Source of the DNA: an uncultured delta proteobacterium
GTDB taxonomy: Bacteria > Desulfobacterota > Syntrophia > Syntrophales > UBA5619
DNA: 64,000 nt
Assembly: GCA_963817385.1 (NCBI GenBank)
Contig: CAWFOM010000016.1
Coordinates: 110,122-174,121, forward strand
Direction: 5' to 3'
Position 1 is the stretch's first letter. The number at the start of each line of letters is the position of its first letter. The notes beneath the pieces were generated by a model. That model worked only from the letters and a program-made list of their open reading frames with translations, had not been told where the DNA came from and searched no databases. Below are positions 1-10,618 of the stretch, piece after piece. Made by a program: the position numbers and the translations under genes.

Positions 1-99
1 GCCCAAAGTGTCCTTTGAAAGAGATGGCCGGATCGGCGTGATATGGTTTTTGGGGATCCCCGCTCCTGGGAAAAGGAGCCTGCTTATGAGAAAGGAGAG

Positions 100-1811
100 A
101 TGATGATGGCCGAGGAGAGATTCTGGACGAAATCCTACGATCCGGGGTTAACCGACATCGACCCCGTCCACTGGGAAAAGTCTTACGTCGATGCGGTCGC
201 CCCCATCTTCAAGAAATTCCCCGCCAAGCCGGCCTTCGCCTTCATGGGGGTGGAGGTGACCTTCGCCGAACTGGATCGCTACGCCAACCGATTCGCCCAC
301 ATGCTGCTGGCGCAGGGACTCAAGAAGGGCGACGTGGTGGGCATCAACCTCCCCAACATCCCGGAATACGTCATCGCCTGGCTGGGGATCCTCCGGGCGG
401 GGTGCGTCGTTTCCGGCGTTTCTCCTCTTCTCTCCGCCGAGGAGATGAAATACCAGCTCAAGGATTCCAATGCCGTGGGGCTGGTGACCCTCGATGCCAT
501 CTTCGCCGCACGGCTCACGAAAATCGTTGCCGATCTTCCGGATCTGAAGGTCGTGGCAACAACCAGCGTGGGGGGCTTCCTTCCGGCGATCAAAAGGGTC
601 CTGGGCCGGCTTCTGAAAAAGATACCCCAGGGGAAGGTTACCCCGCTGCCGGGGAGATACGTCGCCGACATGATCAAGGTCATCCGGGGAGGTGCGTTCT
701 CCGCCGAACGTCCCGCGGTGACGGTGACCCCCGACGATATCGCCTACATCCAGTACACCGGCGGGACCACCGGCAGCCCCAAAGGCGCCATGCTCACCCA
801 TCGCAACGCCGTCGCCGATCTCCTGATCGTCCAGACCTGGCTGAGCTGGGAGGAGGGCAAGGGATTGGCCCTCTCGGGATTTCCTTTCTTCCACATCGCC
901 GGGCTCTTCTTCAACGCGAACTGCATCTACCTGGGCTGGACGCAGATCCTGATCCCCAATCCCCGGGATACCGACCACATCTGCAAGGAGCTGGCCAAGT
1001 ACCGGCCGACGGCCCTGGTCAACGTGCCCTCGCTCTTCCAGATGCTCATCGCCAATCCCCGATTCAAGGAACTGGACCACTCCCGCCTGCTGGCCTGCAT
1101 CTCCGCCGCCGCCCCCTTCCCCGAGGAGTCCCAGCGGGAGTTGGAGAAGATCGTCGGCCGGGGGAAGCTCCTGGAGGTGTACGGGATGACCGAGACATCG
1201 CCGCTGACCACCATGAACCCCGACAAGAGAGAGCGGAAGCTGGGTTCCATCGGGCTTCCGCTGCTCAATACCGACATCAGGCTGGTCGATCCCGGGACGG
1301 GCCGGAGGGTGGCGGTGGGCGAGCCGGGAGAGATATGCGTCAAGGGGCCGCAGGTCATGGCCGGCTATTACAATAAACCCGATGAGACCCGGCAGGTCTT
1401 CGATGCGGACGGCTATCTCCATACCGGCGACGTGGCCGTCCAGGACGAGGCGGGCTACCTGCGGATTGTCGACCGGACCAAGGACATGCTCATCGTGGGC
1501 GGCTTCAAGGTCTTCTCCAAGAAGGTGGAGGAGGTCATGGTGGAGCATCCGGCGATCGACATGATCGCGATCATCGGTACTCCCCAATCCCGAGCGTCCC
1601 GGCTCGGAACACGTCAAGGCGGTCGTCACCCTCAAGCCGGACTTCGCCTCCGGCGGCGACCAGGAGGCGCTGAAGGCCGACATCCTGAAGATGGCCCGGG
1701 AGAGGCTTTCTCCCTACGAGGTGCCGAAGATATATTGACATCCGAAAGGAATTGCCCCTCACCGTCGTGGGCAAGATCGACAAGAAGGTCCTGCGGAAAG
1801 AGGCGATATAG
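100..1811 (+). CDS. Long-chain acyl-CoA ligase (AMP-binding); two apparent +1 frameshifts near 1585 and 1735
   Basis: YTGGTTGSPKG and YGMTE motifs, TGD; AAGGAG RBS before ATG 100; restoring frame gives ...LPLTVVGKIDKKVLR and TAG at 1809-1811. Confidence 0.9.
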
Positions 1812-1860
1812 TCGGGGGACGACGTTTCATTTCTCGAAAAAAGTCGATTTTGCCCTATGT

Positions 1861-1934
1861 TGTCATTCCGTGCTTGACACGGAATCCCGTGTAAAAAAAA
1901 CTAATCATGGACTCCTGCTTTCGCAGGAGTGACA
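1861..1934. repeat. REP-like palindromic doublet
   Basis: TGTCATTCCGTG-CTTGA-CACGGAATCC ... GGACTCCTGC-TTTC-GCAGGAGTGACA: two inverted hairpin units, same style as the 18549-18682 element. Confidence 0.7.
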
Positions 1935-1976
1935 AGGCGGGTGTACGTTTCAAAGCAGGCCTCTCGAAGGAGACAT

Positions 1977-3081
1977 ATGGACCCCAAATTAGGAGATCTG
2001 GTTCACCGTCACAAGGAGATCGCGCGGGAGGAGAAAGAGAAAAACGGGCGTCTGGTATTTGGAACGCTCTGCTCTTATGTTCCCGTCGAGATTCTGCATG
2101 CCTTCGATATCCTGCCGGTCAGGCTTTGGGGCGATGGCAAGAACCATGAACGGGCAGACGCGCTGCTGCCGACCTACATCTGCCCCCCGGCAAGGAATAT
2201 CATGGCGATGGGTCTGGCCGGTCACTATGATTTTCTGGATGGGGTGATCCACTCTTACACCTGCGACGCGACGTGCGGGTTGTTCAACATCTGGTGCCGC
2301 AATTTGAAACCGGCCTTTTCCTTCCTGCTGAGCCCTCCCTACATGAACACGGATGAGGCCGTCGCAGTACTGCATAGCGGAATTCAAGGCCCTGATTGCG
2401 GCCCTTGAGGATTATACGAAAAAACGGTTCTCGGCCGAGAGGCTTCAGGAGTCGATCAACCTCTATGATGCGGCCCGGGAGCGCATCGGTGCGATCTACC
2501 AGGCAAACCGAAACGGCGCGGCCGTCCGCTATCTTGATTTGTATCAGATGAATCTGGCGCTGCAGGTGTTGCCGATCGAAAGGGTTGTTCCCTTTTTCGA
2601 CGGATACCTGTCGAATGTCCGGATGAGCCCCGGAAAAGGAGCGAAGCACCGGATCATGATATCCGGCAGCGTCATCTCCGATCCGGATATCCTGGCGCGG
2701 ATCGAAGAGCTCGGGGGAGACATCGTTGCGGATGACACCTGCCTGGGATATCGGCTGGTGCAGGAGAGGGTTCCGCCGCGGGAAGACCCCCTGTCGGCGC
2801 TGGCCCACTATTATCTCGATCGCCCGCCCTGCAGTTCGAGGGCCGATTTCCCCGCGAGGAAGGACTATATCCTCAAGACGATCTCCGCCTTTGACGTGAA
2901 CGCCGTCATCTTCATGCACCAGAAGTTCTGCGAACCTCATCTGGCGGATCATCCCTTCCTGAAAAACGTGTTGACAGAAAAAGGGATTCCCCAGTTGCAG
3001 TTGGAATTGGACGGGGAAGGGCTGAGCGGACAGATTCAGACGCGGCTGGAAGGTTTTTTTGAAATGCTGGAGGCTCGGTAA
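1977..3081 (+). CDS. 2-hydroxyacyl-CoA dehydratase / benzoyl-CoA reductase family subunit; one frameshift near 2365
   Basis: CSYVPVEI, YICPPAR, TCD, DDTCLG and KFCEPH motifs spread over ORFs 1929-2408 and 2353-3081. Confidence 0.85.
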
Positions 3082-4325
3082 TGGAAGAGAAGAAAACCCG
3101 GAAGCGGCTCCAGGCGAATACGGCTCTCAGGCAGATCATCATGGATTTCTATGCGGAGGGGCACAGGGCCAAGGCCGAAGGACGCCCCGTGATCTGGATC
3201 CCGCCGATGAACGGCCTGATCGAGCTTTTCTACGCCATGGGGATCACCCCGGTCTTCCCGGAAAACTGGGCGCCCCTCTGCGCCGCCATCGGCACCAGCC
3301 AAAAGAACTTCGAATATGCGGCCAACAGGGGTTTTTCGGGGGATCTCTGCGGGTATTTCCGGAACAACGTGGGCTATGCGCTGGACGGAATCAACGAGGA
3401 GAACCAGCCGCTGAACGGCCTTCCGGCGCCCGACTTCCTGATCTCCTTCGGGGCCGGCTGCATCCCCACCATGAAGGCCTTCCAGGTGATGTGCGATCAC
3501 TTCAACGTCCCGGTTTTCCGAGCCGACCTTCCGCAGGTGGCCATGGAGAAGATCGAAAAACGTCATATCGCGTATGGGGTGGCCCAGATCAAGCGGCTGA
3601 TCCGTTTCCTGGAGGATGAGACCGGCTTGAAATTCGATATCGATAAACTGCGGCAGGCCGTCATCCATACGAATGAGGCGTGCCGGCTCTGGGACGAGAT
3701 CATGGCAACGCGCTCGACGGTCCCCTCCCCGTTTTCCGCCGCGGAGATCGGCATCATGTTTGTGATGGTGACCCGGCACGGGACCGAAATCGCCGTGAAT
3801 TTTCTGAAAGATGTCCTGCGGGAGGTCAAGGAGAAAGTGGCCCGGGGGGAAGGCGTGATCCCCCATGAGAAGATACGGCTCTTCTGGGACAACATCCCGC
3901 TCTGGTACAACATGCAGCTCTTCAACTACTTCGAGAAATGGGATGCCGTGGTGGTGGCGGAAACGTATACCTCCGCCTGGTCGCTGAGACTCAACCCCGA
4001 TGAGCCGCTGGAGAGCATTGCCTACAAGTCCCTCGTCTCCTATCCGCTGGTCTCCTGCGTGTCGCTGAACAAGCGGATCGAGCTGATCACCAGGGCCGTC
4101 CGGGATTACAAGATCGACGGGGCCATTCTCCATTCGAACCGGAGCTGCAGGCCCATCTCGATGGGGCAGATGGACATCGGGCGGGTCCTTGCCGAGGAAC
4201 TCTCCGTGCCCAGCGTCATGTTCGACGGCGACCATATGGATGGCGAGAAGTTCTCGATGGCCCAGTTTCAAACCCGGATCGACGCCTTCATGGAGATGAT
4301 TCTGGAGAAAAAGAGTGCTTCGTGA
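3081..4325 (+). CDS. 2-hydroxyacyl-CoA dehydratase / benzoyl-CoA reductase family, second subunit
   Basis: PEN, DLCGY, HSNRSCRP, FDGDHMD...QFQTRIDAF; TAATG overlap with the previous gene. Confidence 0.88.
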   Translation: MEEKKTRKRLQANTALRQIIMDFYAEGHRAKAEGRPVIWIPPMNGLIELFYAMGITPVFPENWAPLCAAIGTSQKNFEYAANRGFSGDLCGYFRNNVGYALDGINEENQPLNGLPAPDFLISFGAGCIPTMKAFQVMCDHFNVPVFRADLPQVAMEKIEKRHIAYGVAQIKRLIRFLEDETGLKFDIDKLRQAVIHTNEACRLWDEIMATRSTVPSPFSAAEIGIMFVMVTRHGTEIAVNFLKDVLREVKEKVARGEGVIPHEKIRLFWDNIPLWYNMQLFNYFEKWDAVVVAETYTSAWSLRLNPDEPLESIAYKSLVSYPLVSCVSLNKRIELITRAVRDYKIDGAILHSNRSCRPISMGQMDIGRVLAEELSVPSVMFDGDHMDGEKFSMAQFQTRIDAFMEMILEKKSAS

Positions 4326-4394
4326 TCAGCGAAGAGTGGCGGCGCAGTACAGCCGGGTCGATCAGGGATTTCATTTCAATATCAACAATGCCTT

Positions 4395-5552
4395 TCAGGC
4401 GGCACTAAACCGGTCCAGACTGTCCCTGGCGATGAAGGCGCGCTGCATCTCCGAGGTGCCGTAGGCGAGCTCCGCGAACCGGGCGTCGCGGTAGAGACGC
4501 TCCACGACGGCGCCTTTGAGATAACCGTGCCCGCCGTGGACCTGCATCGCCAGATCGGCGATCCTTCCTGCCGCCTCGCTCGTAAAGAGCTTCGCGCAGG
4601 AGGTGAGAACGGGGCCTTCCGGATCGTTCTGCTCCATCGCCCAGGCGGCCCGGCAGGTCATCATCCGGCCGATGTCGTTGAGCGTAAACATGGTGGCGAG
4701 CTTCGCCCCGACCCCTTCGAACAGGCCGATCGGTTTTCCGAACGCCTTTTTCGCCTTCGCGTGGCGCGTCGACTCCTCCATGCAGGCCATGCCGACGCCC
4801 ACGCACAGGACGGAGACGGCGAGTTTGATCTCTTCCAGGAGGGCCTGAATCCGGCCCCAGCCGTCGCCGACGGTTCCGCCGAGGAGGGCCTCGTCCGTCA
4901 CCCGGCAGTTCTCCAGGCGGATCCCGGCGATCGGCGCGCCGCGGAGGCCCATCGTTTCCAGCGGCCTGCCGATCGTCACCCCACTTGCTTTGCGGTCGAT
5001 CAGAAAGAGGGTCATCCCCCGTTCCGGACCCGCTTCCCGGTCGGTCCAGGCGAGAACCAGAAAGAAATCGGCGAGCGGTGCGTTCGTTACGAGGTCCTTC
5101 TCTCCGTTCAGGATCCAGCCGCCGTCCTTACTCTCCGCGGCGGTTTGCATCCCGGCGAGGTCCGATCCCGCCTCCGCCTCCGTGCAGGCAAACGCGCCGA
5201 TCCTCTCGCCCGCAGCGAGGAGCGGGAGATACCGTTCCCGCTGGGTATCCGTGCCGAAACGCTTCACGGCCCTCCCGAAAGCGATCGCCGAGGAGATGGC
5301 CGCGAGATAGGTCGAGGGGCAGGCTCGGGCCAGTTCTTCGCCGGCGACGCATGAACCGAGCAGGTCTCCTCCCAGCAGGAGATTCAGAAAGCCCGTACCG
5401 GCAAGCTTTTTCAGGTTGGTCCTCATCCGGGCGGCGGCCTCTTCCGGGGGGGCCTCGTCGAAGAGGGCGGCGCCCGGAGCGATCTCCTCCCGGCAGAACC
5501 GCCCCATCTCCGCCTGCAAGCCCCTGTGCGCATCCGACAGTTCGTAATTCAT
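4395..5552 (-). CDS. Acyl-CoA dehydrogenase family protein
   Basis: TEAEAGSD, NGEKDLVTNA, VHGGHGY, ERLYRDA..YGTSE. Confidence 0.9.
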   Translation of the reverse strand: MNYELSDAHRGLQAEMGRFCREEIAPGAALFDEAPPEEAAARMRTNLKKLAGTGFLNLLLGGDLLGSCVAGEELARACPSTYLAAISSAIAFGRAVKRFGTDTQRERYLPLLAAGERIGAFACTEAEAGSDLAGMQTAAESKDGGWILNGEKDLVTNAPLADFFLVLAWTDREAGPERGMTLFLIDRKASGVTIGRPLETMGLRGAPIAGIRLENCRVTDEALLGGTVGDGWGRIQALLEEIKLAVSVLCVGVGMACMEESTRHAKAKKAFGKPIGLFEGVGAKLATMFTLNDIGRMMTCRAAWAMEQNDPEGPVLTSCAKLFTSEAAGRIADLAMQVHGGHGYLKGAVVERLYRDARFAELAYGTSEMQRAFIARDSLDRFSAA

Positions 5553-5720
5553 CGCGCTTTCTCCTTCTTACATCGAAACCTTTCAGCCACGTGGAGATCG
5601 GATCCCGGAAGCGCGCATTGGAGATTTTTCGGGGCACCCTGCCTCCCGCAGCGTAGCGAGGAGGCGCAGGGTCGAAAAATGTCCAGCGCGACGGAGGCGA
5701 TCGCGATCTCCAAGCGGATC

Positions 5721-6869
5721 TTACATCATCATGAACCGGGCGACGATCATCCGCATGATGTCGGATGTGCCCCCGCCCAGTTGGCCCAGCTTCGCGTCCC
5801 GCATGATCCTCTCCACGGGATACTCGTGGATGTAGCCGTAGCCGCCGAAGAGATCCACCCCCTCCGACGCCGTTTCGAACCCCCGGTCGCCGACATACAT
5901 CTTGTTCACGGCGGCGGTGAGCGGGTTGAGCGCCACGCCGCTGTCCTTGGAGGCGGCGATCCGATATATGGCGAGCCGGGCGGCCTCGATGTAGACCTTC
6001 ATGTCGGCGATCCGGTTCTGGATGGACTGGAACTCCCGGATGGGCCGGTTGAAGGCCCGCCGCTGGTTGGCATAGCGGGCGCAGCTCTCCAGCATGAAGG
6101 TGTGGCCGCCGAGGAACGGGGCGATCAGGGTGCTCCGGTCCCACTCCACGCCTCCCAGGGCGATCAGCCAGCCGTTCCCCTCGCCCCCCAGGCAGTTCTC
6201 GACGGGGACCTCGCACTCCTCGAGAAAGATCTCCGAGGTTGCGGATGCCCGGCAGCCCATCTTGTGCATCGGCTTTCCGGTGGAGATCCCCGGGAAGCCC
6301 CGCTCCACGATGAAGGTCGTGATCCCCTTGTGCTTCTTCTCCTTGTCGAGGGTCGCGAAGATGATGAAGACCTCGGAGAGAGGGGCGTTGGTGATGAAGG
6401 TCTTCGAGCCGTTGAGGATGTATTTGTCTCCCTTGCGGACCGCGGTGGTGGTCAGCGCCGCGGCGTCGGAGCCGCAGCCCGGTTCGGTGAGCCCCATGCA
6501 GCCGATCCATTCGCCGGTGGCGAGCTTCGGGAGGTACTTCTCCTTCTGCGCCTCGGTACCGTGCTGCAGGATGTTGGCCGCGCAGAGGTAGGTGTGGGCG
6601 CCCCAGGCGAGGATGTGGCCGCCGTCGACGCCGGCATGGCCGACCGCTTCGCCGGCGAGGCAGCAGGTGACGAAATCCGCCCCGCCGCCGCCGTACTTTT
6701 CCGGCACGGGAAGGCCGAGAAGTCCCATCTCGCCGAATTTCCGCCAGACATCGAAGTTGAATTCTCCCTTCAGGTCGGCCTCCTCGCACAGGGGGGCGAT
6801 CTGGCTCTTCGCAAACCGATAGACGGTCTCCCGGAACATCTTCTGTTCGTCGCTGATCGAGAAATCCAT
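5721..6869 (-). CDS. Acyl-CoA dehydrogenase (isovaleryl/branched-chain-like)
   Basis: LTEPGCGSD, NGSKTFITNAP, FGGYGY, GGGTSD; GGAG RBS before ATG 6869. Confidence 0.92.
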   Translation of the reverse strand: MDFSISDEQKMFRETVYRFAKSQIAPLCEEADLKGEFNFDVWRKFGEMGLLGLPVPEKYGGGGADFVTCCLAGEAVGHAGVDGGHILAWGAHTYLCAANILQHGTEAQKEKYLPKLATGEWIGCMGLTEPGCGSDAAALTTTAVRKGDKYILNGSKTFITNAPLSEVFIIFATLDKEKKHKGITTFIVERGFPGISTGKPMHKMGCRASATSEIFLEECEVPVENCLGGEGNGWLIALGGVEWDRSTLIAPFLGGHTFMLESCARYANQRRAFNRPIREFQSIQNRIADMKVYIEAARLAIYRIAASKDSGVALNPLTAAVNKMYVGDRGFETASEGVDLFGGYGYIHEYPVERIMRDAKLGQLGGGTSDIMRMIVARFMMM

Positions 6870-6889
6870 AAAGGCTCCTTTGCTGACTT

Positions 6890-7777
6890 TCAGATGTGGA
6901 CCAGCCCGAGACGCGCCCGACACTCCTCAATGGCAGCCACCTGCCGCCCCTGATCGCGGACCATCCGGGCGGCCTTCTCCACCAGATCGCCGTTGCTCTT
7001 GGCCATCGCCCCGGACGAGACGTAGAAATTGTCCTCCAGCCCCACCCGGACGTTTCCGCCCAGGGCGATCGCCGCGGCCACCATCCGCCACTGGTCGTCG
7101 CTGATCCCGATCACCTCCCAGTCGCTCTGCGGGGGAAGCAGGCGGGCCTGCTGGACGAGGGTTTCCACCGTCGGCGGGATGCCGCCGAGGACCCCCATGA
7201 TGAGGCTGTACTGATACGGCGGCGCGAGGAGTCCCATATCGATGAGGGGGAAGCTGTTGCCGATATGGCCCGAATCGAAGCACTCCATCTCCGGCTTGAC
7301 CTTGCACTCCTTCATGGCCGAGACCAGGGCGATGATTTCGGCGAAGGGGTTGGGAAAGACAAAGTCGAAGACGAACTTCTTCTTCACCGGATTGTACTTG
7401 GCGTAGTTCATGGAACCCATGTTCAGGGCGGCGATGGCCGGTCTGATCGCCGTCACGGGGGCCATTTTCGTCTCCACGGGGATGCCGATGGCGCCGGTGG
7501 AAAAGTTGATGATGATCGGGCAGGCCGCCGTCACCGCGTCATAGATATTCCGGTAATCGGCCACCTCATACGAGGGGGTCCCGTCGGGCTTTCGCGCGTG
7601 GATGTGGACGACGGCGGCGCCGGCCTCGTAAGCCCTTTTCGCCTCGGCGGCGTATTCCTCCGGGGCGTAGGGGATCGCCGGGCACTGGGCGCGGTTGGCC
7701 ACCACCCCGGAGAGGGCGCAGGTGATCATGCAGGGACGTTCGAAATTGAAGTTATCCTTGATCCATAGTGAACTCAT
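6890..7777 (-). CDS. Beta-keto acid cleavage enzyme family (BKACE/DUF849, Kce-like)
   Basis: ITCALSG, AGAAVVHIHAR (HxH metal site), NFSTG, KPEMECFD, RVGLEDN. Confidence 0.9.
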   Translation of the reverse strand: MSSLWIKDNFNFERPCMITCALSGVVANRAQCPAIPYAPEEYAAEAKRAYEAGAAVVHIHARKPDGTPSYEVADYRNIYDAVTAACPIIINFSTGAIGIPVETKMAPVTAIRPAIAALNMGSMNYAKYNPVKKKFVFDFVFPNPFAEIIALVSAMKECKVKPEMECFDSGHIGNSFPLIDMGLLAPPYQYSLIMGVLGGIPPTVETLVQQARLLPPQSDWEVIGISDDQWRMVAAAIALGGNVRVGLEDNFYVSSGAMAKSNGDLVEKAARMVRDQGRQVAAIEECRARLGLVHI

Positions 7778-7795
7778 CGCTGTCTCCTTTCTGGT

Positions 7796-8569
7796 TCATC
7801 TCCCCTTGAAGAGCGGTTTTCTCTTTTCAAGAAAAGCGGCGATCCCCTCGGCGGCGTCCTCGGTGGCGGCGACCTTGCCCAACTCTTCGCAGAGGTGGTC
7901 CAGCGCCTCTTCGAAGGGGAGATCGGCCATCGTGTAAAAGGCCTTTTTCCCCATCGCGATCCCGAGCGGGCTCTTCTCCGCAAGGCCGCGGAGCGACTCC
8001 TCGACCGCCTCATCCAGTTTTTCCGGCGGAACCGCCCGGGTGATGAGACCGATCCGCTCCGCCTCCGGGGCGGGGATGCGCCTTCCCGTGAGAACCATCT
8101 CCATCGCCTTCTTCCGCCCCACGTGGCGGTAGATCAACGCCCCGATCATCATCGGGAAGATCCCGACGTTGACCTCGGGGGTGCTGAACCAGGCGTCTTC
8201 CCGGGCGATGACGATATCGCAGGAGAGCATGAACCCCATCCCGCCGGCCAGGCAGGGGCCGTTCACCCGGGCGACCAGGGGCTTGCCCATCCGGGCCATC
8301 CTTTTCAGGAGGAGGGCGTAATTGCGCGCCCCCGCCTCGACATCCCCGCCGCCGGAAAGGGCGGAGGCCAGGTCGGCCCCGCTGCAGAAGGCCTTTTCGC
8401 CCGCGCCGGTGAAGCAGAGGGCGCGAATCGCCGGGTCCGCCTCGGCCTCCTCCAGGCGGTTCATGATCTCCCCCATGATCTCCTGGCTGATGGCGTTGCG
8501 CCGCGCCTCCCGGTTGATCGTCAGCCAGGCCGCCTCTCCCTTGATCTGGTAGAGAAGTTCAGACTCCAT
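7796..8569 (-). CDS. Enoyl-CoA hydratase (methylglutaconyl-CoA hydratase-like)
   Basis: FCSGADL, NGPCLAGG, PEVNVGIFP, EGIAAFLEKR. Confidence 0.9.
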   Translation of the reverse strand: MESELLYQIKGEAAWLTINREARRNAISQEIMGEIMNRLEEAEADPAIRALCFTGAGEKAFCSGADLASALSGGGDVEAGARNYALLLKRMARMGKPLVARVNGPCLAGGMGFMLSCDIVIAREDAWFSTPEVNVGIFPMMIGALIYRHVGRKKAMEMVLTGRRIPAPEAERIGLITRAVPPEKLDEAVEESLRGLAEKSPLGIAMGKKAFYTMADLPFEEALDHLCEELGKVAATEDAAEGIAAFLEKRKPLFKGR

Positions 8570-9087
8570 GGTGCTCCTCCTCAGCCGGTTCGATTTCCAG
8601 GAGGATCTCTCCCGGCATCACCTGGCCGCCGACGGCGGCATTGATCTTTTTCACCGCCCCTCGATACGGCGCGGTCAGGGTCATCTCCATCTTCATCGCC
8701 GAGAGGACAATCAGGGGCTGCCCCTTGTTGACCAGATCGCCCTCGGCCGCAAGGATGCGGATCACCGCCGCCGGCATGGGCGGCGTCATCTGCCGGGCTT
8801 GATCGTCCGGCCCGCCCCGCCGCCGGGGCCGCCGGTCGTCGGCGCCGGGCTCTTCGACCAGATAGGTCTCCCCGTCGATGGCAATCCAGGTTTCACCCCC
8901 CCGTACAGCCAGACAGGCCCGGATCGGATGCCCGTCGACATCGAGGAGCCATTCGTTGTCGTTGATCGGGACCCACCGGAGGCGGTATTCCCGTGCCGTC
9001 GATGCAGGCCGTGTGACCCTCGCCGGAAGGGAGGGGGGCGATGGTCAGGGATTTTTGTTCCTTGTTGACGAGTAACGGGAATTCCAT
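8559..9087 (-). CDS. Biotin carboxyl carrier subunit (frameshifted)
   Basis: PPMPA..AMKME biotinylation motif in 8559-8789; N-terminus MEFPLLVN at 9087 after GAGGA RBS is in another frame. Confidence 0.8.
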
Positions 9088-9116
9088 CTTTTCCTCCTCA
9101 CTTTCGGCTCGAGGTC

Positions 9117-10608
9117 TTACAATGACCAGCCGCCCAGGGTCTCCCAGGGGGACGGGAATGGGTCCCGTTCCCTCCCCGTTCCGGTCGGGACGGCTTTGCT
9201 GGGGGGAGAGCCGGGAGGCCGCGTAGGCCAGGCAGGCAAGATCCGCCCGGCTCAGGGAGGGTTTCCAGCCGGCGAAATGCTCATCGATCAGACGGGTATG
9301 GGTTTCCCCCCTGCGGAACGGGTCCGATCGGATCACCTCCCGGAGAAAATCGACCGGGGTCCTGATCCCCAAGACAACATATTCGCTCAGGGCGCGGACC
9401 ATCCTCTCGATCGCCCCCGGCCGGTCCCCGGCGTGGACGATCAGTTTGCTCAGGATCGGGTCATAGGCCGTGGGGACCGTAAAGCCGCTGTAAATCCCCG
9501 AGTCGACGCGGATCCCCGGTCCGGCCGGCTCCCTGAGGCAGAGGATCTCCCCCGGCGAGGGGATGAAGCCTTGTTCGGGATCTTCGGCGTAGATGCGGCA
9601 CTCGATGGCGTGGCCCCGCGGCCGGATCTCCTCCTGCCGGCAGGAGAGTGGCTCTCCGGCGGCGATCCGGATCTGTTCCCGGACCAGGTCGATGCCGGTG
9701 ACCATCTCGGTGACGGGATGTTCCACCTGCAGGCGGGTGTTCACCTCCAGAAAATAGAACCGGCCTTGGGCGTCCAGGAGAAATTCCACGGTGCCCGCGT
9801 TGACGTAGCCGGCCGCCCGGGCGGCGTTGAGAGCCGCCTCTCCCATCGCCTTGCGGAGCGCCCGGCTCAGGGCGGGCGAGGGGGACTCTTCGATGATCTT
9901 CTGGTGGCGGCGCTGGAGCGAGCATTCCCGCTCGCCGAGATGCACGATGTGGCCGTGGGCGTCGGCCAGGATCTGTATCTCCACGTGACGCGGCCTTTCC
10001 AGGTATTTTTCCAGGTAGACGGCACCGTTGCCGAAGGCGTTTTTCGCCTCGCTGGTCGCCTCGTCGAAGGCCTCCTTCAGCTTCTCCGGGTCTGAGACGA
10101 CCCGCATCCCCTTGCCTCCCCCCCCGGCGGCGGCCTTCAGGAGGACCGGGTACCCGATCTCCCGGGCCTGTCCGGCGAGGTCGGTCAGATTCTCTTCCGG
10201 TTCCGTCATCCCGGGGATCACCGGTACAGCCCCCTGGAGCATCAGGCGCCGGGCGGTGGTTTTATCGCCCAGGGAGCGGATCACCGCGGCGGGGGGGCCG
10301 ATGAACCGGAGCCCTTCTGCTTCGCACCTCTCGGCAAAAGCGCCGTTTTCCGCCAGGAAGCCGTAACCGGGATGGATCGCCTCGGCGCCGCTCTGCCGGG
10401 CGGCGGCGATGATCTTTTCGATGTTCAGGTAGCTCTCCCGCGGTTCCGAAGCGCCGATGAATATCGCCTCGTCGGCGGTTTGCACATGGAGGGCGCTCCG
10501 GTCCGCCTCCGAATGGACGGCTACGGTGGCGATCCCCATCTCCTTGCAGGTCCTCATGATCCTGACGGCGATCTCGCCTCTGTTGGCGATCAGTATCTTC
10601 CTGAACAT
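9117..10608 (-). CDS. Biotin carboxylase subunit of acyl-CoA carboxylase; frameshift near 3' end
   Basis: ILIANRGEIA, HPGYGFLAEN, GGGGKGMR, RECSLQRRHQK, EVNTRLQVEH; alternative frame ends SPWETLGGWSL* at 9117. Confidence 0.92.
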
Positions 10609-10618
10609 GATCTCTCCC

